From Podarcis gaigeae (lineage: Eukaryota), in the NCBI GenBank assembly GCA_964106915.2, contig OZ066921.1: a DNA stretch of 64,000 nt; one strand, written 5' to 3'. Shown one piece after another: positions 50,481 through 63,174 of the stretch. The notes below the pieces were generated by a model, which made no database searches, was not told the origin of the DNA, and saw nothing but the letters and a program-made list of their open reading frames with translations. Every line of letters starts with the position of its first letter. Position 1 is the stretch's first letter. Made by a program: the position numbers and the translations under genes.

Positions 50481-51656
50481 TAGAACGATTCCCCCTCCCT
50501 TTTTTTTCTTTTTTGCAGCAAACATCTGATGAAAGTCAGTAAGGTACTTGAATGCTTCTAAAGGTTTTGTGGCTATTTCTTTACTTTGCCTGGTTAACAA
50601 AAAGGCAGAACAGGACTGGCCAATCTCCCCCTTTTACTTCTTCAAGTTAACAAAAAAGTGCTTAATAATATTGCTTTCAATTCTTCTCTGATAAATAGCA
50701 CTTAAATGCACCAAAAACAGCTCTATTTCTCTATCGCTCCCTTCCTTTCCTGCTTCTGTCTTGGAGTATAATATGAAAAGCCTTTGGGTGCCAGTGCCAT
50801 CCTCCCTCTGCAAAAGACAGCACCAATTTTTAAAGGCTTTTTTTTTTAAAAAAAGGCTATGGCTGTAATATCTGCTCTAGAAAAGAGAAATTGCCTTCCC
50901 CCTGGGAGCAGGCACATCATAACATGGAATCATAAAAAGCTGAGAAAAGCCACCCATTTCTCAGATGAGAAGATAAGAAATTTGTTTGGAATGCTTACAT
51001 GTAGATCCATTTAATAGCCACTCCTCATTTGGTACCATTCTCAGGCCAAGGCATGAAAGGGAAAAGACTTGGATGTTTTCATGGCAGAAGAGTCATTTCC
51101 TGACCATGCCTGAAGTTGAGACTCAAAATACAAGTTATCTTCAGTTACTTCCAAGGGCCTATTGTGGAGCTCTCCACCGGTGAGACTTTTGCCTGCCTGC
51201 CATCCATTTTTCTGCCTTCCCCAGATATGTCCGAAAGCGGGGAGAATATGTGATTATTGTTCTCCAGAGAGGTGGAGGAAAGGTGTTTCAAAAAGTGACT
51301 TTATCCATATGTAAGCAGATGGTTTGTCTGGAGAGAATGAGAATGCAAACCTTACTCACTGGCGCATGCACACACAAACACACACATGCCCTTGGAGAGG
51401 CTGCTTGTTTTAAGTGGGCCCTTTTGCTTTCTGAATTGGTGGTGGAGATGTGTGTTACGTGTTGAAGAAAGCATGATGTACTCACACACCTCCTATTATG
51501 AATTACTGCACTTGATAATTATAGTAGGAAAGTGATCATCTGAGCAAGAGTTAATTTCAAAAGCCTCCTGTCAAATGTAGTTGGCTGAAGAGAACATATT
51601 TCTCATTTCATGGGAAACCGACGATATAGCTCTTGTTGTTTCAGAATTTCATAGTT

Positions 51657-51873
51657 CCAGTTCCAGATAGGTAGCCGTGTTGGTCTGCCATAGTCAAAAC
51701 AAAAAAAATTCCTTCCAGTAGCACCTTAAAGACCAACTAAGTCAGTTCTTGGTATGAGCTTTCGTGTGCATGCACACTTCTTCAAAAGAAGAAGTGTGCA
51801 TGCACACGAAAGCTCATACCAAGAACTGACTTAGTTGGTCTTTAAGGTGCTACTGGAAGGAATTTTTTTTGTT
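51657..51873. mobile_element. Penelope-like retroelement terminal (pLTR) fragment in inverted-repeat arrangement
   Basis: Perfect 86-bp inverted repeat (51698-51783 / 51788-51873, loop AAAA); 17-bp direct repeat TTCAGAATTTCATAGTT at 51640-56 and 51872-88; GGTAGCCGTGTTGGTCTG...GTAGCACCTTAAAGACCAAC...GAGCTTTCGTG matches my recall of reptile PLE termini. Confidence 0.8.
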
Positions 51874-52510
51874 CAGAATTTCATAGTTAATATCTTCAAC
51901 TTCTCTCGGAAGAGTCTCGCGTTATTTCAATTGCAAATTGAGTGTGCGGGGGGGGGGAGGGAGTGGGAAATAGGTTGTGGTGAAAATGTGTAAAAAGGAA
52001 TAAAAGTTGTGCTGAACTTGAAGGAAAGAAACCCTAAAACTACCCATCTGTTTTCACAGTGATGTGATTATGGTAGAGCCAAGTCACATCCACCTGGCTG
52101 CCCCATGCAATGGTTAGGATTTGGTTGTGGACAGTGCTTTTTTCTGGGGGGGGGGGGACACAGGGGTACACATACCCCTAAACATTTTATGAATCTTTGT
52201 ACTTTTGTCCATTTACTGTATTTATTTTTCCTGATTTGAACTATAAAATGGTGATTTTCTTGAGTCAAAATGAGACTATCCCTAAACATTTTTTTCAGGA
52301 AAAAAGCACTGGTTGTAGATATTCCCACACTAAAAAGAAAACATGAATCTGCACTGAATCTGAATTTTTGTTTGTTTTTTAATCTGAATCTAATTTTTTG
52401 GCTCAGTCCCAAACATTTGGGTTTTGTATCATGGACGCTTTGAATTTTTTGATCCACAAATAGGTTTTTGTATTGAAAAGGGTGTTTGGTGCTTTCTCCC
52501 TAACTATTAT

Positions 52511-52622
52511 GAGGCGGCCCTGTTTAGGAAAGTTTTTAATGTCTGATGCTGTATTGTTTTTAATATTTGGTTGGAAGCCGCCCAGAGTGGCTGGGGAAAC
52601 ACAGCCAGATGGGCGGGGTATA

Positions 52623-52675
<53 letters not shown>
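52511..52675 (+). mobile_element. L2-clade LINE 3' end with (TTA)n tail
   Basis: GCGGCCCTGTTTAGGAAAGTTTTTAA...GGAAGCCGCCCAGAGTGGCTGGGGAAACACAGCCAGATGGGCGGGGTATAA(TTA)n; homologous to 28500-28678. Confidence 0.8.
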
Positions 52676-52676
<1 letters not shown>

Positions 52677-54126
52677 AACATCTCCCTAGGCAGAGCCTAC
52701 AAAAGACTCATTTCACTGTGGATTTGTGGATTTGGGCTTACCTCCTCTCAGGCAAGGCAATCTCCTTCAGTGAAGTGGGGTGAAGGAGAAGGTTTGCTTG
52801 ACAACAGCAAAGGATAAAATGTTTGGTGGAGGGTGGAGGCTAACGCAAAGGGGGCTCGGGGAAAATAGAGCTATCTAAAATATGAACCTGTTGTAGGCTA
52901 AATCCACCTAAATGTCACATGTACAAATCAGACCAATAGTACCCTTCAAGTGTTAACGAGGTGAGGGTGGGCAGGCAGGAGGGAATCTAACCCAGGTGGT
53001 TCTGTGGTTTGGGAACAGAGTTAGGGAGAATATATGCTGCTGATTAAGTTCCAAAAAATGGGGAGGGAAGCATAGCAAAAATATAAATCTATCACTATGG
53101 GCAGTAAATGGAAAGGGGTGCGTCAGAAGGGGGGGGTAGCAGAAGGGGGGGTAGCAGAAGCCGCCTGCCACCAGGAAAAGGTGAAGGAGAAGAAGGGGGG
53201 TGGAGAAAGAAAGAAAGCCGACCTCTGGCGCAATAATGGGGTGCAAACGTCTAAATCTCTCACATTTTATGGGCAACGGCTAATGCTTCTACCCCCTGCC
53301 ATTATGACATTTCCACTGGCTCTGATCTTTATTTTCAGTTTTATTGCCCACTGAGTAACAGGTTTCTCCAAGAGTGAAAGAAAGAAAGCAGACTCCTCTA
53401 GGAAGCTGGGCAGTTGGAACTCAGGCAGCTACCATCTCCGTCCTCTTGCTGGAGGGACAATTTCCCAGACTCCATGTGGAACTCCAGCTAGGATCAGGCC
53501 CAAACAACCCTTGAGAGGGACAAGGCCAGGTCTTCAAGTACGGGTTGAAAGCAGGTGTGTATGTGTTGGGTGGGAGACTGCTGTTTAAAGTCCCAGAGGG
53601 TGCGGGTTCAGATCCATACTTTCATCTCATGCCTTTCTGTCCCCAGTCCTGCTCTCTGGGAATTTTTCTCCCAGCTAGACCCACTTCCGGTATTTCAGCT
53701 GAGATGCAAAGGGCCATGGGGCCAAAGTGCTGTGAGCAGCAGAGAGGGCACTTTGAGCCCCATTTGAGAGAGGACAGAGCAGCGGGCCTCTCTCCCATGC
53801 TGTTTGGCCCTCTGTGATACCTTCGCCCTTGCCTGTGTCTGTGTATGCTACAAGGAAGCCAGAGTGGCTGAGGGGGGCACAATGCAGCCAATAAGAATAG
53901 CTCTCAGGACCCACTCATTTTAATCAGAGAAAGAAGTTCATGCACCTTCAGTGCATCACCATGTGTTACTTGTACAAGCCACCATGTGATCCTGGGAGCC
54001 TTAAAGCAGTTATTCCTTCAGTCAGAGTTTGTGATGCAAATCTAAACCCTGAAACTGGCCAGAATGCTCATCTGCATTACAAATGGCTGTCTTGTGCTTT
54101 CCTTTCTCTTTTTAAAGCACTATACA

Positions 54127-54170
54127 GAAGGAAGGAAGGAAGGAAGGAAGGAAGGAAGGAAGGAAGGAAG
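54127..54170. repeat. (GGAA)n microsatellite
   Basis: Direct reading. Confidence 0.95.
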
Positions 54171-57100
54171 CTTAAAAGTGATCTGAAATGCTCCAAAATG
54201 TGGAGAAAGAGTCAAGAATCTCTGTGGCCACAGCTGTCCCTCCTGCAGGAGGGGGTAGGAGGAGCAACGGTGCAAAAGTGGCCTCACTGGATAGACATCT
54301 GGATCCCATTAGCTTACAAACCAGAGCATCCGCAAACTTGTCAGCTGAAACCCACAACAAAGCCTGGGGAGGCGATTTGCCTTCTGACAGGAACCCGGCT
54401 GCTCTGTTTTACAAGGCAAATATTATCTGTTCTCATTTCCAGGGTGCCACATTATTAAAAGCTGGATGTAATCTAAGAAATTAAAAAGGGCTTGTTTCAT
54501 TTGACATTTCATCTCTTGAATTCCCCAGAGAAAGAAAAGCCCAATATGTGCCTGGGTCCTGCTTGTCAAGAATTGTCTTTTCACTTGTGAATCTGTTCTC
54601 CTCTGACCTGCCTTGTCTGGCAGCCAATCGCAGCACAGGGAAATGCACCTCCCTGTGCCTTGCGAGCCACACCCTCCCAGGGGCTGCAGCAGGAGGGAGC
54701 CTTTGCTCGCCACCCAAAGGGAAGAGGGGTTTTGTTTTGTTTTTATATAGAGGATATAGATTGCTTGCCTGCGAGGACACGCTGTGCAGTGGGCCAAATT
54801 CAAGCTAGAAATAGTTATGAGCATCCATAATTATGCTTCTGGATCAGGATGAGGCGCCTGCTTTCCAATGATGTACCTGGAAGATCACAAGCCTGTTTGT
54901 CACCAGCATCTGGTATTCACAGATAGACTGTCTCTGGACACGGAAGACAGTCCACGAAAAGCTTATTATTGGCTGCACCACATTGGATTGATTATTCCTG
55001 AACCCTGAACCAAACTGGCTTGTGTGCTATCTTGAAGTCCCACAAGTCGGGGCAAGGCTGCCAGAGTATGCACCCCTCCCAGTCCCTTGCACCCTTGGAG
55101 TCCCACTGGGCACTCCTCTTGCACTTCTAACAGCTGCAATGGCACATGCCAGGAACTGGGTTTCTCCAACAAGGTACCCAGAGGAGCTTGCATGCCTCGG
55201 CCAGCCACCCAGGATGAGTGGAGGAGTGGCCTGGGGAGCATGCAGATGGGCAGGCTCCCAGCTACTCCAAGCCAGAGTGGAGAGGTGCAAATTTTGGCCC
55301 CTCCTGGGCCCATGCTCTTGGCAGGGGCCAGCCTGACCAACCACCAACCCCTGGCTGGGGGCTGACCCATACAACTCCCTTGGCCCCTTTCTTGAGACTG
55401 ACCTACCCTACCTCCCCTTATTGTCTATTTGTGGTTTCAACAGCTGTCAAATGGCTTAAGGCGGCACATCGCTCTTGAGCACTGTTTTGGTTTATTTGCA
55501 AGGATGAGGGACGGGTTTTTATTCAAACTGGGGTGGACTGTGAATGGTTCTCTACATAGTAAAGTCAACTTGGAAGAGCTTGACTGGGTAAAAAAAAAGG
55601 ACTGAGGCTGTTTCCCTACTAAGGCATCCATGGGTAGCTGTTTTTGTCTCTGTACTTGTGTGTCTTAGTCCACACACTTTCAATTTTATTCCTCCAAAAT
55701 CTGTATTGATGTTTCCCGTCCACAGGAGTGGGTGCCGCTTGATGAGATGTAGTCTTGCTGCTTTCTGTCCCCCCCCCCCATCCACCGTAAATTCCAGTAA
55801 GCTGAGGTCTGTTGTGGGCATGCATGCAAGTGTTTGTTTATCTATGCATGCAAACCTTTAAAAATAATAAATGGTTCAAAATAAAAGTTTTTCAGTCTAC
55901 TAGATCTGCACAAAAGAAAAGTGAATAATAACAAAAATATTTGTGCTTCAGAAACCTGAGGTCCATTACGGGCAGGCAAGCAGGCATTTGTTTACCTGTG
56001 CATGCACACCTTTAAAAAAAAATTAAAACCAGGTTTTTTTATATACCAGATTATATATGTGTGTTAGAGAGAGAGAGATTCCAAGCCAGTCAAGGTTTTG
56101 GAATTGCTTACATGAAAGGCTGCTGCTTCCTTTCCAGCCTATTTCCCTTCTCACTTCCTGTACCTGCAAGGACACACTTTATTTTTATTTTGAATACAGC
56201 TGCCTTGTGCAAGAGCAATTTTGTGCAGAACTGCTTTTAAAATTGGCACACTGCAAATGTGGCTTCAGCAACGAACAGCAGAAAAAAACCTTTTTGGCTG
56301 CTGGAAACAAAATGGAAATAGGAGTTGTGGCAGTAGACGGCACCCAGTGAAACCCTGCCACACATAGGGGGAGGGTGATCATCCACACAATGCACTCCAC
56401 AATCAGGTAACATGCAGTTTTATATTGGATTTTCTTCCTTTATCAGATCAAAAAAACACTGCATTTCGTGGGGGATGAGGAGAATGCCACAAAAAAATAA
56501 ACACACAAGTAGCTCCAAATCCACATTAAACTCCAGTGTGGATGAGCTGCAAGTTGTTTAAATTGGCTGAGTCCTGCAGCTTGGGATTCAAAGTGGGTGA
56601 AACAACCAGCAAATGTTGGTCGGGGAAAAGGTCTCTCCTTTGGTTCTACGACCAAAATTTCCAGCTGAAACTCCTCTACAATATAGTTATACGATGAGCA
56701 TGTCAGAGGTTCGTGCCACACTGAAACAGCGGTGCAGTCGCCACTGTAACAAGTGGCCAAACCTTGGGGAGCAGCAGGGCGAGCCCTCCAAACTGAACCC
56801 CCAGAATCCAGAGGCTCAAGTCAGAAGGAAAAGCAAAATGTGCACTCAAAGCCATCCAAATTGTGAAGTGAGGGTGGGGATTGTTCAGCCAAGAGAAAGA
56901 GAGAGGGAGGGAGAGGGAGGTAGGGAGGGAGGGAGAGAGGGCAATAGAGAGGCTCCTGTTTGACATTCCTGCAGGCCTATTTATTAGTGGTGAAATACAA
57001 ACCATGTTATCAAGAATCTCGAGGAAATGGATTGATGTTAAGTGATACTTCAGAATCCACCCCCTAGCAAAGCTGCTACACCATTGCAGGCAGATAAGTG

Positions 57101-57765
57101 GAAAATCCTTCCTGCAGACGGCGGAGATGCTGTAAAGCCTTTGGATGCATTTCTGCGGCAAAATACCAAGCAGCCTTGGGTACCTTGGGGGGTTGGGGGG
57201 GAGACAAAGTACATGAAGACTGCAGAGGAATGTTACGAAATCAAGCTAATAATCTCGAAATGTCATAACATGGTGTTCAAAGTCACTCTCGATGTTATGA
57301 ATCTCTGCCTTTTACGGAACACTCATTGGTCTTGAATGGACCTCCTACAGAAGTGAGGGGTTCAAGAAGAATGATATTCGCTTGATTCATAATCCAGCGG
57401 CAAAACAGGTGCAACCTAGAGCTCCTCCCTGGCATAAACAGGTGATGTTTTTGGGTCCAAAAAGGAGGTCCTTGAGCTTGCAACACAAAGACCATTGGAG
57501 CTGCTAGGGTGGCCTTTGGCAAAACCACACCTGCATCATAGCCTTGGAGGTATCTGTTCTCTGCAGTGGGACCTCTGCTAACAGCGGCAACTTGGCTGGC
57601 CTAGGCCCCTTCTTTCGGCTGCCTTCCAGATAGTTGGGCTGCTGTTCATCCCCCTGCTGAGAAGCCACCCCCCCCATGTCACAGCCCTGATCCATGTGAC
57701 ACATGGGAGGAAACCCTGGAAACAGAGCTCCCCACAGTGGGCAGGAAGCACGAGCACCCCCAAGC

Positions 57766-58008
57766 CAGGGGTAGGCAATGTAAGGCCCGGGGGCCGGATG
57801 CGGCCCAATCATCTTCTCAACCTGGCCCACAGATGATCCAGGAATCAGTGTGTTTTTACGTGAGTAGAATGTGTGCTTTTATTTAAAATGCATCTCTAGG
57901 TTATTTGTGGGGCCAGGAATTTGTTCATATTTTTTTCAAAATATAGTCCACCACATGGTCAGAGGGACGGTGGACCGGCCCATGGCTGAAAAAGGTTGCT
58001 GACCCCTG
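57766..58008. mobile_element. Non-autonomous hAT-Charlie-type MITE
   Basis: TIRs CAGGGGTAGGCAA / TTGCTGACCCCTG; 8-bp TSD CCCCAAGC (57758-65) / CCCTAAGC (58009-16); subterminal GGCCCGGGGGCCGGATGCGGCCC typical of Charlie-group elements. Confidence 0.85.
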
Positions 58009-58899
58009 CCCTAAGCAAACACCCCACACCCCACCCCACAGTGTATGCAATTTTTATTTTTATTTTTGAAAAAATGTGCTGCTATAGGGAAGACCAGGGT
58101 CTCTGACACACACATGGAGGAATGTGCATCTATTGCTTTCCATATCAGGAAAACCATCTAAAAATTACTGTAAATGTAAATGAGAAAGGAGGGGGAAAAA
58201 CCCAGGATGTGTTATGGTTTCCAAAAATCACACCCCTTTGGAAATCAGGAAAATGTGCCTGGAATCTTGAGAATCCCTGCCTGAAAAGTGGTGTTTTTTG
58301 GGGGGTGGAGCTGGGAAGAGATAACTAAATTCCATTATGTTCCTTTCCTTCGAAAACCATGTATACAACTCAACTAACACGCATTAGAAACATCCCTCTC
58401 TGCCTTTGATCCTTTCTCATCCTGGCTGTGTGGAGCTCAGTCTTCCTTCGGTTGCTCATTTGTGCCTTTGGAAGGGGGGGGGGGGCGGGAGTGGCTGCCC
58501 CACTGCTTAGCTGGGGAGGTTCAAAGCCTGGGCAGGACTGAGATGCAACAAATAGCTTGCCCCGAAATGCATGTTCTCCCCCACCCAGACATTCAGGGGG
58601 GGGGGTTTGAGGTGGGCTGAGGACAAACATCCCACCCCCACAATAAAAGTAACGTTTCAAGCGGCTCATTCATTCAATGAAGATGCCATCTCACAGAAGA
58701 ACTCTGCTGATGGCGGATGGCTATTCATGGGAGGGTCCCCTGCTGGGGGGGGGGGAGCTCGTACACACCCTCCCCCGCTTCCCCCCACGCAGGCAACCAA
58801 GTGGCTTGCCTTTGCAAGGCCTGGGTCCTCGGCAGGATGCTTCCACTTTCAGACCTATCAAAGGAATCTCCGAACAAATTACATGGTGAATTAGAGTCC

Positions 58900-59900
58900 C
58901 TGCTCTGCCTCCCCCCTCTCCCGCCGCCCGCTTCCCGTTCTGCACGGACAGCAGCCGCGGAGCACCCGGGAAATCCTGCCAGATAAGCAGATTACGGACG
59001 GGCAGGTGCCAAGAGGCGACTCTTGAATTTCACAGCCCAACTTCTGAGGCGAGATCAGTTCATCTCTCTCTAAGATGGGTCACAGGCGGACCAGGCTGTT
59101 TTAATTAACGCGCCGATTCGCGAGCGGAACAAACCGCGGAGCAGCCCGCGCGCGTGCGGAAGAAGGCTCCTGCGCCTCTCCCTGCAACAGCCTGGGGGGG
59201 GGGCGGCGTGGAGGGGGGCGCGCTGCTGTGGGGCTTTTCACAGAAGCCTTCCCTGTGGGCTGCTTTCCGGCAGCTCATCGGGTTGCTGGCGATGACCTGA
59301 ATAACAAAGCCGGAGAGAAAGGACAAAACGCGGAAAACAAATTAGCATTTTTAAAATAAAAGGGGTGGGGGGAAAGAGCCTGGCTTTTAATCCTATTGAG
59401 ATCGGGGCTTCTTCCCTTTCTAGGTTCTCTGAGAGAGAGATCCCGATGCCTCTGCTATTACCATAAGTGCTGAAATCAGCGCTTTCTTTGACAGAAGTTG
59501 TTAATATTTGGAAACGGCCAGAATTCCAGCCCCGACTTTGATTGTTATTCCAGGCTCCCCTCGCCGGTGCCAAGGTCACCGGGAGATCCACCTGCGCGCC
59601 GCGCGCAGCCCAGGCGCCGGGCCGCAGTGCATGTATAATTGAACACCAGCCTCTCCAGGACCTCCCTGCATCCCGAAAATTATTTTATTACAATAACAAA
59701 TTGGTTTCGAAATCATGCATTATGGATTCTGAAATTAGGTCAGCCAACGGAACCTGGAAACACAAACACGCACTTCAGCCACGGAAGGTCCCGAGGAAAA
59801 AAACCGCAAGATGGATGGGGGTGGGGAGGAGGAGGAGGGGGCGCTGTGTGTGTGTCAGGACGAGAAGAACATTCATTCCGCCTGTAAACTCCTCGAACTC
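58900..59900. promoter_or_regulatory. CpG island
   Basis: Highest CpG density in the window (e.g. 59108-59160, 59590-59625); G-run clusters; CCAAGGTCA nuclear-receptor half site near 59570. Confidence 0.65.
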
Positions 59901-59985
59901 TTCTTTTATTACCCTTAATCGACAGAGTTAACAAGAACAAAGCACTCCTTGGGCACGAGAAGTGCGTAGGAATCCCATCGCACCT

Positions 59986-60040
59986 ATTCCTGCATTGCAG
60001 GGGGTTGGACTAGATGACCCTTGGTTGACCCTTGATTCTA
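59986..60040 (+). mobile_element. CR1 3' end fragment with internal deletion
   Basis: ATTCCTGCATTGCAGGGGGTTGGACTAGATGACCCTTGG...GATTCTA; homologous to 35465-35535. Confidence 0.75.
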
Positions 60041-62999
60041 CCCCCCCCCCTTCATCAGGCAGGGACTCTGCAGCCAGATGGGGCTGTTCTGCACAACCCA
60101 GGACTGCTGTTGCCATTCAGGCTCTTGCTGCTAAACGCCCTGCCCCCAAGGCAGCTTTTAGGAAGCCCTGCAGGTATTCTCCTCCGAAAGGGTTAACCTT
60201 GGCTTCTCTGCACCAGCCGGGCCTGCCCTGCCCAGCTAATGCACTTCTATGATAGACGGTTGTCTCTTATTTGCAAATTTCATTTTAAGTTAAATATACA
60301 TTGATTTAGCATCCTTTTACAGCACAAATATTCTTTTTTCTCATGCAAAATAAGCATGTTTCTTGGTCAACTGACATTTTGTGAAAATGGAGTTGAGGTA
60401 GCTATTTATGAATAATTAAGGCTAAAATGTTTTTCTGATCCCCTCAATGTCTTTTTATTTTAAAACATTTATATCATGTCAGAAAGGACTTGTTGTACCA
60501 AAAAGTAAGCTTTCCATTAAAATAATGCGGAAAATGACATCTCTAATGTTCCTAATAGTACCTACGGCTTCTCAGCTGTATTCTGGATCCCCGCTTGCAA
60601 GCGAGCAAGGGAGGAGGGAGGCGGATGGACGGACAGGCAGGCAGGCAGCCTTCCTTCTGTTCTTAAGGGGGGGGGGGAGTTCATTTTCTGCCTTATCCAC
60701 TCTGGTGTTAAAAGACTTCATTTGAAATATTTACAATGTGACAAAAAGCCCCAACTAAGAACTCTTTTTTAAAGTACTTACGCTGGCCAAACCCTTTCTG
60801 ATTTTCAGGAGAGTGCATTTTTCTATTAATGGGAGAAATGCAAATTGACAGAAATTGCCATTAGTTTTAAATGGTTTGGTTTTATATATTTATATCTATA
60901 TGGAGACATTTAAAAAAAGAAAGAAATTGGAAGAACATGTTGCAAGCCCATACGATGTTTTAATATTACCAGTCCTAACAGTGCAGTGGTTACCTGCCAT
61001 TCCTCATCCATATAGGCATTTTCTGGCAGAAAAAGAATCAGAACAGAATTAAAAAGTTTGAAGATTTTAACGAAGGACATTCTAAGAGAAAACATAAATG
61101 TCTGTCTTCGCTTTCTGAAGGCATTTGTAAGCATGCTTTGTTTTTCCTCTAAAGAAATGTCTGTAGAAAAACTGATCTGTAATTTCATTTAGAAGCAATG
61201 AAGGGAGTAATTTTTTTCCCTTTAGTGAAATTAAGATGAATAATTATCTCTAATCTAATCAGTATTATCTGAAAAAAGATGTTAAACAGCTTAATTTTTG
61301 TGATTTCTTTAAAAGCCTCTTTTGATGCTATTTAGACTGACATGCTGAAGGGTGGCTTTTCTAAAGAAACAATTAAGAAATTGTTGATAGTTATTAAACG
61401 TTACTGGCAATTCTGAACAATTATAAATGTATTTTTTTAAAAAAAAAACCACTTCTGATTTTTTGCACACATGCTTAAATATCAGACAGTGAAAAGGAGT
61501 AGAAAGAACAATTTGCCAAATCTATTATTGTACAAAATAAAAACAGGATTCATAAGAGAAGCAATTTCTCCCATGATGGGTGTGTGTGTGTGCACTTGAA
61601 AATCTATTAAATTGGGGGTGGTAACTAATGTTCCCTGCATATTTGGTTATCAATATTTTTTTTAAAAAAATCAGCTGAGGGCTATTTTAAACTGACTGTT
61701 ACAAGCCTACTCTTTTAAATGTTATTAAAGTCTGCTTCCACGTGCATGGATTCCTCGCATTTCACCACAAGCACCATTTCAGAAAAGGGGGGGGGGAATA
61801 AAGTCAAAATTATCCTCTCATCTAGAGAAAGCAGAGAACTGCCCCCTGTCCCTGGTCAAGATTTCCCAGGGGGAGGACTGGGAGCTGTGTTGGTGAGGAT
61901 CTAACGAAGAGAACTGCGTGGAACAATATTTCCCCTGCCATAAAGGCGGCTCCGCAGCAGGTTCACAAGATTTCCAAATCGGCACAAAGGATTAGAGGGG
62001 GAAATGGATGGGGTGGACGACATGGTCTCGAGGGCAAGCCCCCTGGAGTTTCATCCCAAGCTTAGTCTAACGGGAGAGGCGGCTGCTCATGAGAAGGCAA
62101 GCAGGCCAAAGCTCGGCTGGCTGCAGCAGAAGCCCAGGGTTGAAGGGGTCACTTCACAGGGAGAAAGACAGAAAAGAAGATGAGCCACAGTAAAAAGAGG
62201 GAGCCTGATGTGGTGCACAGAGGCGGCCCAGCCGCCTCTCTTAGCAGCGGCTGTGCTGGCAACTCGGCTGACTGACACCATTAACTGGTTGCCATTTGGA
62301 ACCCAGAACATCCCCTTGCAGCAGCACCAGGCGGGAAGCTGGCTGCCAGGAAAGGGGGAAAGTTTGACACTGCATCCACCAAGCAACCTCACATCAAAGG
62401 TTTCACAAATAACATAACAATAAAGACACTTGTTGTTCTTCAGGATGGTAAACCTCTGCTTTCTCTTTATGCATCAGATTCTGCCAATTCTCTCTCTCTC
62501 TGATTTTCCATGGCCAGCCTTCAGCCCAGAAATTCAGACACAGAAAAGAGGAGGGAATACTGTCTGCAGCGGGGTTCCCTCCTCTTCTCCTGCAAATTCT
62601 CTTATTTCCCTGGTCAGCTGCAATGCAAAAGGCAATTCCCTTCCTAAACATCATATAAAGCTAGCGGAGGGTGGTACCTGATTAGTGTGAAAACCTGCAG
62701 AAAAGGGCAGCGGGTGCCAGCACCCATGGCAGCAACAAGCAGTTAACCAGCCTAGGGCACACTCCGCAAGGAGCACCTCACACGCAAGCCCTGCATCCTT
62801 CTGCACAGTAGCCATTTGCATTAATGCAGCCCAGGCTGGACCAACGGAATTGTCCTCCTTGATGAGGACAATCCAGTCCTTCCAGACTGCCACTGTTTTC
62901 AGGTGCAAGTCAACCACATACTGGCAAATTCAGATTGTGTTATTACAGTTGGTCAGGAATTCTTGTGCAAGAAATCAGCCTCCCCAAAGATCAGACTTT

Positions 63000-63174
63000 T
63001 AAGGAGGAAAATGAAAAGCAAACTGGAAAATGCAGGAATAACACTTGCTTTGATGCAACATCATCTAATCTCCCCACAAATGAAAGAGAAGCAACAAATT
63101 TAATAGCCAGCCTCATTTAATCTCCCTGCAAATGAATCGGGATGAACACTCAGTAAACAGGTTGTCTGGAAGTG
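63000..63174 (+). mobile_element. Interspersed repeat, second copy of the 20.2-20.8 kb host element, without the MITE insertion
   Basis: ATAACACTTGCTTTGATGCAACATCATCTAA...CTGCAAATGAATCG...GTTGTCTGGAAGTG shared with 20619-20757. Confidence 0.75.

Noticed and set aside
51698-51873. Hairpin read as a conserved pre-miRNA or a CRISPR-like repeat
   Set aside because: A perfect stem with TSD and PLE motifs points to a transposon origin; I recognise no known mature miRNA here or elsewhere in the window; there is no repeat-spacer array and the DNA is eukaryotic.
53940-54458. 172-aa ORF with RKEG repeats (similarly the YIYI, THTH, LSLS and YYYY ORFs)
   Set aside because: Translations of microsatellites.
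58935-58956. REST/NRSE-like GGACAGC half sites (also near 31312, 40713, 41015)
   Set aside because: The left half TCAGCACC is missing or wrongly spaced.
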